From: Leucoraja ocellata
Lineage: Eukaryota
Direction of reading: 5' to 3'
DNA length: 64,000 bases
Assembly: GCA_036785375.1 (NCBI GenBank)
Contig: JAWMAR010000246.1
Coordinates: forward strand, 2,480,001-2,544,000
A program made the translations under genes and the position numbers. Below the pieces are notes generated by a model. It was not told the DNA's origin. It ran no database searches and saw only the letters and a program-made list of their open reading frames with translations. Below, in pieces: positions 1 through 11,407 of this stretch (its first letter is position 1; every line of letters begins with the position of its first letter).

Positions 1-132
1 TAAAATTAGTAATCACATTATAAGAGATGCGGAAATATTTTTTTGTATCATGCACTGAAGAATCTCAATGCTGTCTGCCCAGTGAATTACATAACAGTAT
101 ACTTCCAGGCAACAGTTTGTACCCATTAAAGA

Positions 133-360
133 TACAATATACAATACAATACAATTTATTTGTCATTTGAACCTCACATGAGGTTCAAACTAAATTTGGC
201 TTCTGCAGCCACACAAGAAAAGAACCAAGACACACACCAACACAATTTACACAAACATCCATCACAGTGAATCTCTCCTCACTGTGATGGAAGGCAAAGT
301 CTTGTCTCTCCCCTGCTCTCCATTCCTTGTCTCTCCACTGCGATGTAAGGCCCTGCTCCG
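133..360 (-). mobile_element. Related Rex1-like 3' end with (TATTG)n tail
   Basis: Reverse complement resembles 18765-18905 (ccttccatcacag.gag...gtgatggatgttt, tttgaacctca...gaggttcaaatgacaaataaa). Confidence 0.65.
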
Positions 361-1609
361 GGTATTGATGTTCGATTGGCTAGAGCATTATACACCATCA
401 CCTTATGATCTTCTGCCAATTGATTTTCATATTATCCTATTGGTATTGCATTTTATAAAATGTTGGCTGTGTGATTTTAAAATATTGTAAAATGTATTAG
501 AACTAATAGACCAGAAAACTAATGATAGAAATAAAAAAAATGATGGAAACATTCCCAGATCTGATGAAAAGTCTTCAATCTGATACGTTAACTCTCTTTC
601 TGCTTCCACAGAAGCTGCCCAACCTATTGATTGCTTTCAGTTTTTCTGCTGTTGTTTTGGATTCCCAGCTTCTGCAGTTCTTATGATTTGCATTTTTTCT
701 GAAAACTGATGAAGTAGTTCTTGCAATGGGATGAAATCAATTATGCTGAGAAATACAATGATGCTCCTCCTTGGGATGCGAGAGTGAATTGCCATTGTAT
801 TTTTCAGGTTTTAGTTATTTCAATAATGTTGAAGTACATCCAGAACAGCATTAGGAGATCTGAGCTAGCCACTAGGTGGGGTGATAAGAAAAATGCAATG
901 ATGGCAAACTGCTGTAGAGCAGAGCAACCACATCCAGTTGAAAAACACAAAACTACGATTATTTTATGAACCTTACTATCCTCAGTAAAATCAGCATGGC
1001 AACTTAAAGTATATTGTTGGCACAAGAGGTCAGACAAGCGAGAATGGCACTCGCAGGAACCATTATGTCAGTTCAAAGGAGGTTGATGAAGTAAGCAGTT
1101 TGAGCTTTCAGCAAGTCCAATTGGTTCAGGGAGATAAATCGGACTGCATTTATTTTTAATTATGGGCTGGACGCTTCACTTTGAGTAGCAATTCATTTAT
1201 GCAGTCGAATATAGGATCAGCCAACTAGCTAGAATACACAACACGATTTTGTAAATTTAATAATGAGGTTGCTTAGGTCAGTGCAAGTGACCTTACTATT
1301 GCACTGAGCTCTGCATCAATGAAATTCAAGAACTCTAAGGTTTATTTTGGATTTAAAGTCAATTACAATGCAATGTAGCTAAATCAGGCGATGTGATATT
1401 TATCCAAATTATTTTAATACCAGCTTGTTCTATAGAACTATTTAATACTGATTTACTTGGTGAGATATAACAATATACTATATTTCCCATTTGGCACGGT
1501 GCAAAACATTTTTAAAAATTGATCTGCAACTATTAGAAGTCCAAAACTTCATCCAGGTATGTATAGCACTCTGCAAACAGATATGTATACATAGTGTTCT
1601 GTAAGCCCC

Positions 1610-2660
1610 TCCTGTGCACCATGGAATAAAGTCCTCACCTACCCAACTTTTCCTATAGCTCAGGCCCTTGAGTCTTGGCAATATCCATGTAAATCTTCAT
1701 TGCACTCTTTCCAGCTTAATGACACCCTTCCTATAGCAGGGTGACCAAAAGTGAACATAATACTCCAAATGTGGCCTTACCAATGTATTGCACAACTATA
1801 ACATCCCAACCTCTGCAGTCAATATTAAGCTGAGCATGAGCATACTAACCTGAGCGTACCTGAGCATACTAACATACTGTGTATGGGTGTGGTACACCAG
1901 CTGCACAGCGGCTCAGAGGAAAGCGCTCCAGAGGGCCATTGACAACGCCCAGAGGATTGTCGGCTGCCCTCTCCTTACCTTGGAGGACTTACACAGTTCC
2001 CGCTGCACCAAAAAATCCCAGAGTATCATAAAGGACATTTCCCACCCCGGACACTCCCTTTTTTGAACTGTTGCCGTCAGGCAGATGGTACAGGTCTACA
2101 AGGGCAAGGACGAACAGACTAAAAAACAGTTTTTACCCCACTGCTATAAAAGCACTAAATGTAGCCGCCAAGGAACGCAGGGGCGAGACATACTAAGGGA
2201 CTGTGGTACACTGTGAAATCGACAGAAGGATGGAGGGTTGGGTGTTTATGCGTGCTATTTTCGTGATATTTATTTAGTTGTTTATCTTTTAATATTTTAC
2301 CTTGTATGTATCGTTAGCTTTTAGAAATGTTTGAATGGTGCACTGACTGGCTGACATTTTTAAATTTCGTTGTACATGGTTCATGTTACAATGACAATAA
2401 AGAAACTATTCTATTCAATACCCTGAATGATGAAGGCCAATGTACCAAAAGCCATCTTGACCACCCTATCCACCTATGATGCCACTTTCAGGGAACTATC
2501 TACCTATGGTCCTAGATCCCTGGATCCCTCTGCCATATAGCATTACTCTCGGTCCTACCATTCACTATGAAGGCCCTGCCCTCGTGTTGATCTGCTTTAG
2601 ACTCCATTAGCCATCCTTCAGCCCACTAGTCCCAGATGATCAAAAGTCTGGTGTAATTTT
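1610..2660 (-). mobile_element. Degraded CR1 fragment interrupted by a Rex1-like insertion
   Basis: Reverse strand encodes LVRPHLEYYVHFWSP.YRK. It continues at 2421-2660. Confidence 0.75.
1825..2414 (+). mobile_element. Rex1/Babar-like LINE 3' fragment
   Basis: SILTYCVWVWYTSCTAAQRKALQR...HPGHSLFELLPSGR...TNRLKNSFYP. GACAATAAA plus (CTATT)n tail. TCAATA duplicated at 1819-1824 and 2415-2420. Confidence 0.85.
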
Positions 2661-4434
2661 TGATATGTGATGAACAAAATTTACCTATCCAGATGCCCCA
2701 ACAAACCCTGATGTCAGTATCTGGGAGAGCCCATAGTTCCAACATTTGATCTCATTATCCATGCCAAATTTCACAAAATATGAATGGGTACAATCACAAG
2801 GGACTGCCAAAGGAGGGAAAGGAATCAACAGTGAAATTATAAAAGAAAGTACCAACAAAATATATCTATTTGTTATGTTAGGAAACGGAGAAGTAGAAAT
2901 TGACAGGGCAAGATAATTGGTTATGTTGTAGTAATTTCAGTAACTTGATATGACCAAATAGTATGGAGGTCATGAGATTTTTCAGTCTAACCCTCACATC
3001 CTTATTTGGCTTCAAGAAAAAAGGCAAATAATTGCTCCCCCTCTGACTTCTGCAGCAGCCTTACCACCATTTGAGCTGAAAGCAGCTACCGGGCCACAAG
3101 ATGGGATATTAGGATCATATTACAAATTGCAGAAAACTGCACATTACTCATGTGAAAACATATGGTTTGAATAAAATGACCTTTTAAAAAAAATTCTCAT
3201 TACAATCTTGATAAGAGCCAAAATATTTATGAAAATGCAAAAGTAATCAAATCTGGGTCTGGAAGGAGACTGCAATAAATAAACTATTATGCATATGGTT
3301 ATACAATTTATATTTGAGAATTTGTAAGAAAATATGATTGCAAGGATTTCAACCTATGACCTGAATTAAACAAAATAATGTACAAAATATTGCAGGGAGA
3401 TGCAGGAAGAATACTTAGAATGAGGAATCTAGAATTAGGAAGCACAGTCAAAAGATTTTGATTTAGGTTTGTTATTGTCACATGTACCATGGTACAATGA
3501 AAAGATTTTGTTTGCATGCTATCTAATCAAATCAGTTAAAACAATACATTAACACAATCAGAGCAAACACAAATACAAAATGTAGAGTGAGGAGAATGCC
3601 AGAGTGAGGAATGATATTAGAGTGCGCCTGAAATGTTGTTGTATGTATTTACAATGACAAAGTATTATTATTATTATTATTATTATATAGTTTCTCAGCA
3701 TTGTAGTGTAACAGTTCCAGAGAGAAGATACAATGTCTGCAATGAAGTAGGTTGGAGAATTGGCACTGTACTCTAGCTTATGGAAGGACCGTTCAGAAGT
3801 CTGATCAGAGGGGAAGAAATTGTTCCTGATAAATAGCAGAACAGGTAGTATTATAAAGATAAATTTCTACTCCACAAGGATCTATAAGCTCAGCCATTGC
3901 TTCAATAAAGTGATCATTAGATTTTAGGATATCAAAATAATCAAGAGATATGGAAACAGTAAGAAAATGTTTTTTAGTGGTGGAAGTTCATGCATGATCT
4001 TGACGCATGGTGAAGCAGACTAGCGGTCTATGCCTACACCTATTTCTTGTGTCCAATGTATTTAATAAACAAGCCAAAATAATGAATGGGGCTGATATTT
4101 GTCTTTACGAGCTCTTTATTAAAACAAAGTGCCTAATTTACTTTTGTTAGCAGATATCTATACTCTATTTGCCAACAGATTTGTGCATTTCAAAAAATGG
4201 TTCTGTTCCAATTAACATTTGAAAACAATAACATATTGAATGGCCTCAATTTCCAAGGCAATACAAAAGAAGAAAATTAAATCTATGTTACTTGCCCCAT
4301 CCCTGTACAGATGCACAGAACAAGACTTGCCTGTTAACTATTTTATTCCCAGAGACAGCAAAATGACAGACCAGTATCATTAATTCAACATTTGATCTGA
4401 AGACCCAGGGGGCGGGGGGAAAGAAGGCCAGAAG

Positions 4435-4995
4435 AGAAAATTGGAGAATTCAATGTTCATACTGTTGGGTTGTAAGCTAACCAAGTGGAATTTGCATATG
4501 GCCTCACTGGCAATGGACGACGTCAGGACAGAAAGGTCAGTATGACAATGGGAAGAGAAATTAAAAAGGTTAGCAGCCAAGAGATCCAGTAGGGCCTAGT
4601 GGACTGAGCACAAGTGTTCAGCAAAACATTTGCTGAGTCTACACTTGGTCTTGCCAATATGCAGGAGGCCACATTGGGAACACCAGATACAATAGGTGAG
4701 ATTAGAGAAGGTGCATGTGAACCTCTGTCTTAGCTGGAAGGACTGCTGGGGTTCCTGGATGGAGGTGAGGGAGGCGGTATAGGAACAGGTATTACATCTG
4801 CAGATGTAAGGGAAAGTACCTAGGGAGGGGATGGCTTGGGTGGGGATGAGTAAATCAAATAACAGTCTCTGCAGAAGGCAGAAATGAATGGGTATGGGAA
4901 GATGTGACTGGTGGAATCACATTTGATGTGACAGAAATGTTAGAAGATTATATGTTTTGTGGGGTGAGCGTTGAAGACTAGGGGAACTCTATCTA
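4435..4995 (-). mobile_element. Penelope-like element ORF remnant (Cys-rich linker plus GIY-YIG endonuclease C-terminus)
   Basis: Decayed GTFP...CNTC...QRFTCT.SNL.YCI.C.QCGLL.IG.T and SH.HTDLSVL...LQPNSMNIEFSNF (ORF 4380..4580). Confidence 0.8.
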
Positions 4996-5724
4996 AAAAG
5001 AGTAGAAGGGCCACATGGTGTGGTCTGATGCTATTTATGTGCTTGCATATAATGCCGTCTAGCACTCACAAATAGAGTTTCGTTTAAGAGCAACCCAGAT
5101 TCCTTCCAATTGTCCCTTTAACTCTGTAAGATATAATGGGAGAGCAACAAAATCGTTTTGGACAAGGCTCCTCAATCTTTCAACAATCAACACTACTGAT
5201 TGTTAACCCCATGCAATTAGAGTCTTAATCACACTACTTAATCCTTCAAGCAATCATCAAATGCAATAACCCAAAAGAACAGCAGTGTGCGAAATCTGGG
5301 AGTCTGTCAGCATCCCATGAATCCCACCTGTGTTTTTCTAGAGTAATATAGCCAGCTTTAACAGTGTTCGACAATCTTCATTACAAATATGCTACCACAA
5401 ACATAATAAGCAGTAAGAAAACAAACCATCCATCTGAGTTATAACACATGGTGATGACATATTGGATGTCTGCCCAAGATACTGACTAACTTCTCGGTGC
5501 CTTGAAGTCTACTAGAGAGGTGAAAAACGACATTAAAATCCCAAGCCTAATGAAAGAAATATAAATCTGAAAGTCAATTCAGGAAAACAAATTGAGAATT
5601 AAAAAAAATAATAATAATTGGTATTCACCTTGTGTTCAGTGTTGTCTCCGTCCAAGGAATCATTTCTCTGTGATATCACATTTTAACCCAGACTTGCTAC
5701 CACAGCCACGTGTGTTTCTCCGTA

Positions 5725-5900
5725 CTTCACTCAACATCACCGTCTATATCTCATTTCCCTTTCCCCCAACTCTCAGTCTGAAGAAGGGTCTCGACCCGAA
5801 ACGTTACCCTTTCCTTCTCTCCAGAGATGCATGCCTGAGTTACTCCAGCACTTTGTGTCTATCTTTGGTTGAAACCAGCATCTGTAGTTCCTTCCTACAC
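5725..5900 (+). mobile_element. Penelope-like 3' end with hammerhead motif (5778-5805)
   Basis: ctgaagaagggtctcgacccgaaacgtt followed by the family body and the ccagcatctgtagttcc tail. Confidence 0.78.
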
Positions 5901-6884
5901 AAATTTCCTTGACTATTGTGGCTGCTTGCTAAATTAATAAGGGTTGAGTGCTAGGGAAGCAAACGTTTGGCATCCACAAAAGGACATTCAATGAACAGAA
6001 AAAAGGTCCCGTAAATCCTATTCTATCAATCATACCTGAAGCATGTGCATCTTTTCCAGATATCGTACACATCTCTCGTACACATATCGTACATAACCCA
6101 TAGCTCCATTAAAGTGAGTACTCCTGTTAGTAGGCAGCAACAGTGCCACTGCTTTTATGATGACACTAGGTTTAGTACACTTAGAGACTCTTCAGTGGGT
6201 GAAAGAGGGCAATAAACTTAATTTTTATTTAATTTATTACCTAGAGATAGATGTGTGATTGAACAAGGAGAAGAAAAAAACCCTGCTATTTCCTACTTCC
6301 AAAATGATAATGAGAGCAATCAAAACGCGTGGTTTTAATTTTTGACATTAACAATTTACAAACTTGAAACCATCATCATAAATGTGCTCATTAAATATTT
6401 CTACCTTTGACTGGACTTGCTAACAGAAGAAATTAATGTAATATCAGCAGAATGCTATAATTAACTATGTATACAAAGGCAATATTTTTTTTAATCATTT
6501 CGGTCCCTGTGTAATGCAACACTGAAAGAAGTAGGAGATTTTGTTGTCATTATTTTGTATATGCCACTTATGGTATTCCAACAGTGTTAAATCTGTTTCA
6601 TATTATTTTTTAACCACATATGGTAGATCAAGATTGTGTGGTTTGTGCTGACTTTAGTAAACTTTCCCTTTCATTCCACTTTAAAAACTGTCTCAGAGCT
6701 TCCAAATTAAAATCATGATAATTAAAAAATAAGATCTTATCAGTTTATTTTAATGCTAATAGCAATGATCTTTGCTAATCATTGGCCTGATATTATAATT
6801 CCACTCAAGGCCTTATAGAATGATATTGTTCTGTCAGGTTTTGAGTTATATCATAATACTTTATAATACCATATTTTTATTTCA

Positions 6885-7740
6885 GTTTACTTTACTTTAT
6901 TGTCACCTGTACTGAGGTGCAGTCAAAAGGTTTTGTTGTGTGCTAGCTAGCCAGTCAGCAAAAATACTAGGCAATGTTTCGGGGCCGAATGAGTCTGAAG
7001 AAGGGTTTCGGCCCGAAACGTTGCCTATTTCCTTCGCTCCATAGATGCTGCTGCACCCGCTGAGTTTCTCCAGCTTTTTTGTGTAACCAGCAAAAATACT
7101 ATATGTGATTACAATTGAGCTATCCACAGTGTATAGATATATGATAAAGGGAATAACGGTTAGTGCAAGATAAGGTCCAGCAATGTCCGATTAAAGATAG
7201 TCCGAGGGTCTCCAATGAGGTAGATAGTAGCTCGGGGCCGCTCTCTAGTTGTTGATAGGATGGTTCAGTTGCCTGATAACAGCTGGGAAGAAACTATCCC
7301 TGAATCTGGAGGTATAGTTCACATTTCTATACCTCCAACCTGATGGGAGAGGGGAGCAGAGAGAGTGTTGAGACATCCTTGATTATGCTGGTGGCCTTGC
7401 ACTGGCAGTGTGAACTGTTAATGGATTCAATGGAAGGCAGGTTGGTTTGTGTGATGGTCTGGGCTGCATCCACAATTCACAGCCTCTTCTTAAAATCTTT
7501 GATAGAGCTATTCCCAAAACATGCAGTGATACATCCTGAAAATATGCTTTCTACAGCGCATTTGTTGAAGTTGGTGAGAGTTGTTGGGGACATGACAAAC
7601 CTCTAAGGAAGTTGAGGCATCGGTGTGCTTTTTGCCCATTGCTTCGATATGGGTAGTCAAGGACAAGATATTGATGATATTTACTCCTGGAAACATGAAG
7701 CTTTCAACCAACTCTATTTTGGCACCGTCAATGTACATGG
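6885..7740 (-). mobile_element. Rex1-like LINE 3' fragment
   Basis: ORF 7508..7738 (IELVESFMFPGVNI...TTHI). The 3' end GTGACAATAAA plus microsatellite lies at ~6885-6905. Confidence 0.75.
6970..7087 (+). mobile_element. Penelope-like mini-insertion with hammerhead motif, nested in a Rex1-like 3' end
   Basis: Same family sequence as 29912-30148, with a short inverted 5' segment and no tail. 14-bp TSD CAGCAAAAATACTA (6956-6969, 7088-7101). Confidence 0.85.
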
Positions 7741-8061
7741 GGTTGTTACTGGTATTAAAGGGGAAAAGGTTGAACTCAGAGACCTGCCAAACCTCGGAAG
7801 AGTATGTGTTATCATTTACATTTTCCGATTAGTATTAGTCATATTTTAATTTGCATTGTTAGTAAGAGCAACAGGAATAAAAATTGCTAATGCGTTCTGC
7901 TTATTTTTACTTAAACTTGTGATAGAGTGTATTTGGAATAACTATCGATTATTTGGGTAGCATGCTGCAGATGACACATTGAAAGAGGCAATGCTATAAT
8001 TTTGCAGACACCACTAGCAATTTTCTATAAGGCCTTGAGCTGAATATATATATATATATAC

Positions 8062-8900
8062 ACTAGACGAAGTGGGACCTGTTGGTAGGACTGGTCCTCC
8101 AACGCAATATTCCACCTCTCCACCAATTCCAATATTGGTGGCCAATGGGGGGGGGGGGGGGGGGGGGGGTTCTGGGGTGGTAGTATGGGTGTTGTGGGCT
8201 GAAGGGACTGGTTTCCAGAGGGCTAGTATGGACATTGTGGGACAAATGGATTATTGGGGTGGCAGCTCAGTCACTCAAGCCTGATGTGCTGACAGCTCAC
8301 TCACGGCTGATGGGCTGGCAGTTGACTCACGGCTATTCCTTGAAATTCCATTTCAAGCAGGGTGCAAGGCCACCAAATTCAAGTGCAGTTTCATGCCAAG
8401 CAGGGTGCAAGGCCACTAAATTCAAGCCGATGGCCAAAAATCACAGCATTAAGTGGTAGCGTTTTATCTAAAATCAATATACAGTGCAAACAGGAAGTTG
8501 TTAAGTTTAGATTTTTAATCATTTGCCATTTCAAACCCACCAGCGCCAACCATTTGCTGTACTTTATTTCAAACCAACCATTTGCTGTGCTTTATTTCAA
8601 ACCAACCACCACCAACCATTTGTTGTGCTTTTTCAAACCAACCACATTTTCATTTTAAAACCCCATTAAAGGCACTCAAGGTCAGTAAAACCGCAATCAC
8701 AGTATAGTAGACATGTGTTCAGTGTTATTCACAGCTCAGACTGAGAGATGTGACCCTCTCGCTCCCCCATCGTGCAGAGACTGACTGAGGCATTCAACAC
8801 TTTCAGGTTTTATAGTCCCACAGGAAGGGGCATAACCTTCAGGAGAGAGAATCTCAACATTTTTAAAACACTAATAACTTTTCTTTTTCATCGATGGCTA
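8062..8900 (-). mobile_element. Possible non-autonomous Helitron-like element
   Basis: Minus strand ends ...GGTCCCACTTCGTCTAG|T next to (TA)n. Internal short tandem duplications at 8345-8430 and 8530-8650. The terminal hairpin is imperfect. Confidence 0.35.
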
Positions 8901-9239
8901 ATAAATGACTTGTACGAGAACGTGACAAAACTAATGAACCAGCGTTCACTTGCCTGTTTCTTGGTCTAGGCCAGCCCTCAAACATAGCACTAGATTAGTT
9001 AACTTGTACATTGGACAAGGATCCAAAAATCTGCAGCCTTAAAATAGCACACTGCTTTGCAGTTCAGTGCTATGTCAGCCAGTTGTATTAATTCTAAAAC
9101 AACTCGTTTCAGGAACATATTGGATATAAAGGGAAAAAGGGTGAACTCAGAGATCTGCCAAGTCTCTGTTCCATTGGGCTAAGTCCAGTTCAGAGGAAGG
9201 TCATTGTTTGTTGAAGCCACAGATATAATACTGGCTTTG

Positions 9240-9850
9240 GCAAGATAAAATGGTATTGGAGTCATGCTTGTCTTCATCGGTCAGGTTGTTGGAGTTTTAC
9301 TGTCAGGAAGTCGAGTTGCAGCTGTATAAAACTTTGGTTAGGCCATATTTTGAGTATTGTACGCAGTTCTGATTACCACATTATTGAAAGTATGTGAAGG
9401 CATGAAGAGAAAGCAAAAATTCACCAGGGTGTTGCCTGGACAGAAGAGAATTGGTCAAACTCTGAAGTATTCTGAATGTATTCTCTGAAGTATCAGAGAC
9501 TGAGAGGAGACCTGATTGAAATTTATAAAATTGTGAGAGGCATTGAGAGGGCGAATAAGCAGGGTCTTTTTCCCAATTGTGAAACGTCAAATACTAGAGG
9601 ACAGAGGTTTAATGCGAAAGGGGGAAAGTTTAAATGAGATGTACATGGCAAGTTATTTACTGCTGCCAGTGGAAGATGTGGAAGCAGATATAATAGCAAA
9701 CTTTAAATGGCATTTAGACAGATACACAAATAGGCAGAGAATTGAAGGTTATAGACCATGTACAGACAAATGTGCAGTTTAAGTTGGCATCATGCTTGGC
9801 TCAACATCATGGGTCAACTGTTCCTGTGCTGTACTGCTCTATGTTCTAAA
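9240..9850 (+). mobile_element. Degraded CR1 3' fragment
   Basis: Remnant of KTLVRP..EYC.QF and FKWHLDRY. Confidence 0.75.
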
Positions 9851-10419
9851 TGCCATGCCGTCAGACATGCCAGTTTGTATTGGCCTACATCACCAGGGTC
9901 ATGGCTTGTTCACTAGGCGCTCATGCATGTTGTCAAAACACATAAAGATGCATTGTTCATGGTTGCCCTTTTTTTTGCCATTTGTCCAATTTTTCATAAT
10001 TATTCTAAGATATAGTATAGCTTCCGAGTTCTGCTGGATGATTATATCCGTTGCACCTTCACACATTTGCTTCTTCAGCTGCTCTGAAGGGAGACAGAGC
10101 AAACGTTCAGGAAAATAGATGCTCATTCAACGGGGACTGACAAATGGATTCTAATGCATTTTGAAAATGATGGAAGTAGTTTAAATTTGGGGTGTGCCAA
10201 TCTTTTGTTTCATTTAATCCAGTGAAGATCAGAGGCAAAAACAAGGAAGTGCACATGCTGGTCAATGAAAAACAACAAAACGTGTTGGAGTAGCTCAGTG
10301 GGTCAGGCAGCATCTCTGGAGAACAGGGATAGGAGACGTTTTAGGTCAGCGCCCTTCTTCAGACTGGCAGTTACTCAGTTGCAGCCATAAAAGAGATCTG
10401 GTATTGTCGACAGTAAGAT

Positions 10420-10998
10420 AGTTGTACAGGGTCTTGGTGAGACCACACCTGGAGTATTGCGTACAGTTTTGGTCTCCTAATCTGAGGAAAGACATTCTTG
10501 CCATAGAGGGAGTACAGAGAAGGTTCACCAGACTGATTCCTGGGATGGCAGGACTTTCATATGAAGAAAGACTGGATAGACTCGGCTTGTACTCGCTAGA
10601 TTTTATAAGATTGAGGGGGGATCTTATAGAAACTTACAAAATTCTTACGGGGTTGGACAGGCTAGATGCAGGAAGATTATTCCCGATGTTGGGGAAGTCC
10701 AGAACTAGGGGTCACAGTTTAAGGATAAGGGGGAAATCTTTTAGGATCAAGATGAGAAAATCATTTTTTACACAGAGAGTGGTGAATTTGTGGAATTCTC
10801 TGCCACAGAAGGTAGTTGAGGCCAGTGCATTGGCTATATTTAAGAGGGAGTTAGATGTGGCCCTTGTGGCTAAAGGGATCAGGGGGTATGGAGAGAAGGC
10901 AGGGATGGGATACTGAGTTGGATGATCAGCCATGATCATATCGAATGGCGGTGCAGGCTCGAAGGGCCGAATGGCCTACGCCTGCACCTATTTTCTAT
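10420..10998 (+). mobile_element. CR1 3' fragment
   Basis: ORF 10422..10916 (LVRPHLEYCVQFWSP...GYGEKAG) plus 3' UTR. Confidence 0.93.
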
Positions 10999-11407
10999 GG
11001 AGCCGGAGATGCAAAGGCACACAAGAGTTGTTGCCATGTATTATTGCATGCTTTTGAAGGACCAATCCAAATGATATGGATACAAGGAACTACAGATGCC
11101 GGTTTACAAAAAAAAGACATAAAATGCTGGAGTGACTCAGCAGGTCAGGAGAACATGGATAGGTGACGATTCAGGTCGGGCCACTTCTTCAGACTAATCG
11201 TAGTGGGGAGAGGGTATGAGGTAATGATGATTATAAGAGTATAATAGATGAAGATTATAAAGATCATAAGAGATGATCCATAGGATTGGGAATGGCAAAA
11301 TCAGGGAAAATAATGCAAATGTATGAGGTACATTTTTTTGTATTCCATTTCATTAAAGAATTTCAGGTGAATAGATATATCATTAATGCTAACTAATTAT
11401 TCTATTT

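Noticed and set aside
1-6900. Possible exons of a neighbouring gene in the non-repeat AT-rich stretches
   Set aside because: I found no translation with recognisable homology or a convincing splice-bounded frame. Small exons cannot be excluded by eye.
8345-8650. Short repeats with variable spacers as a CRISPR-like array
   Set aside because: Eukaryotic context, irregular degenerate tandem duplications and no cas genes.
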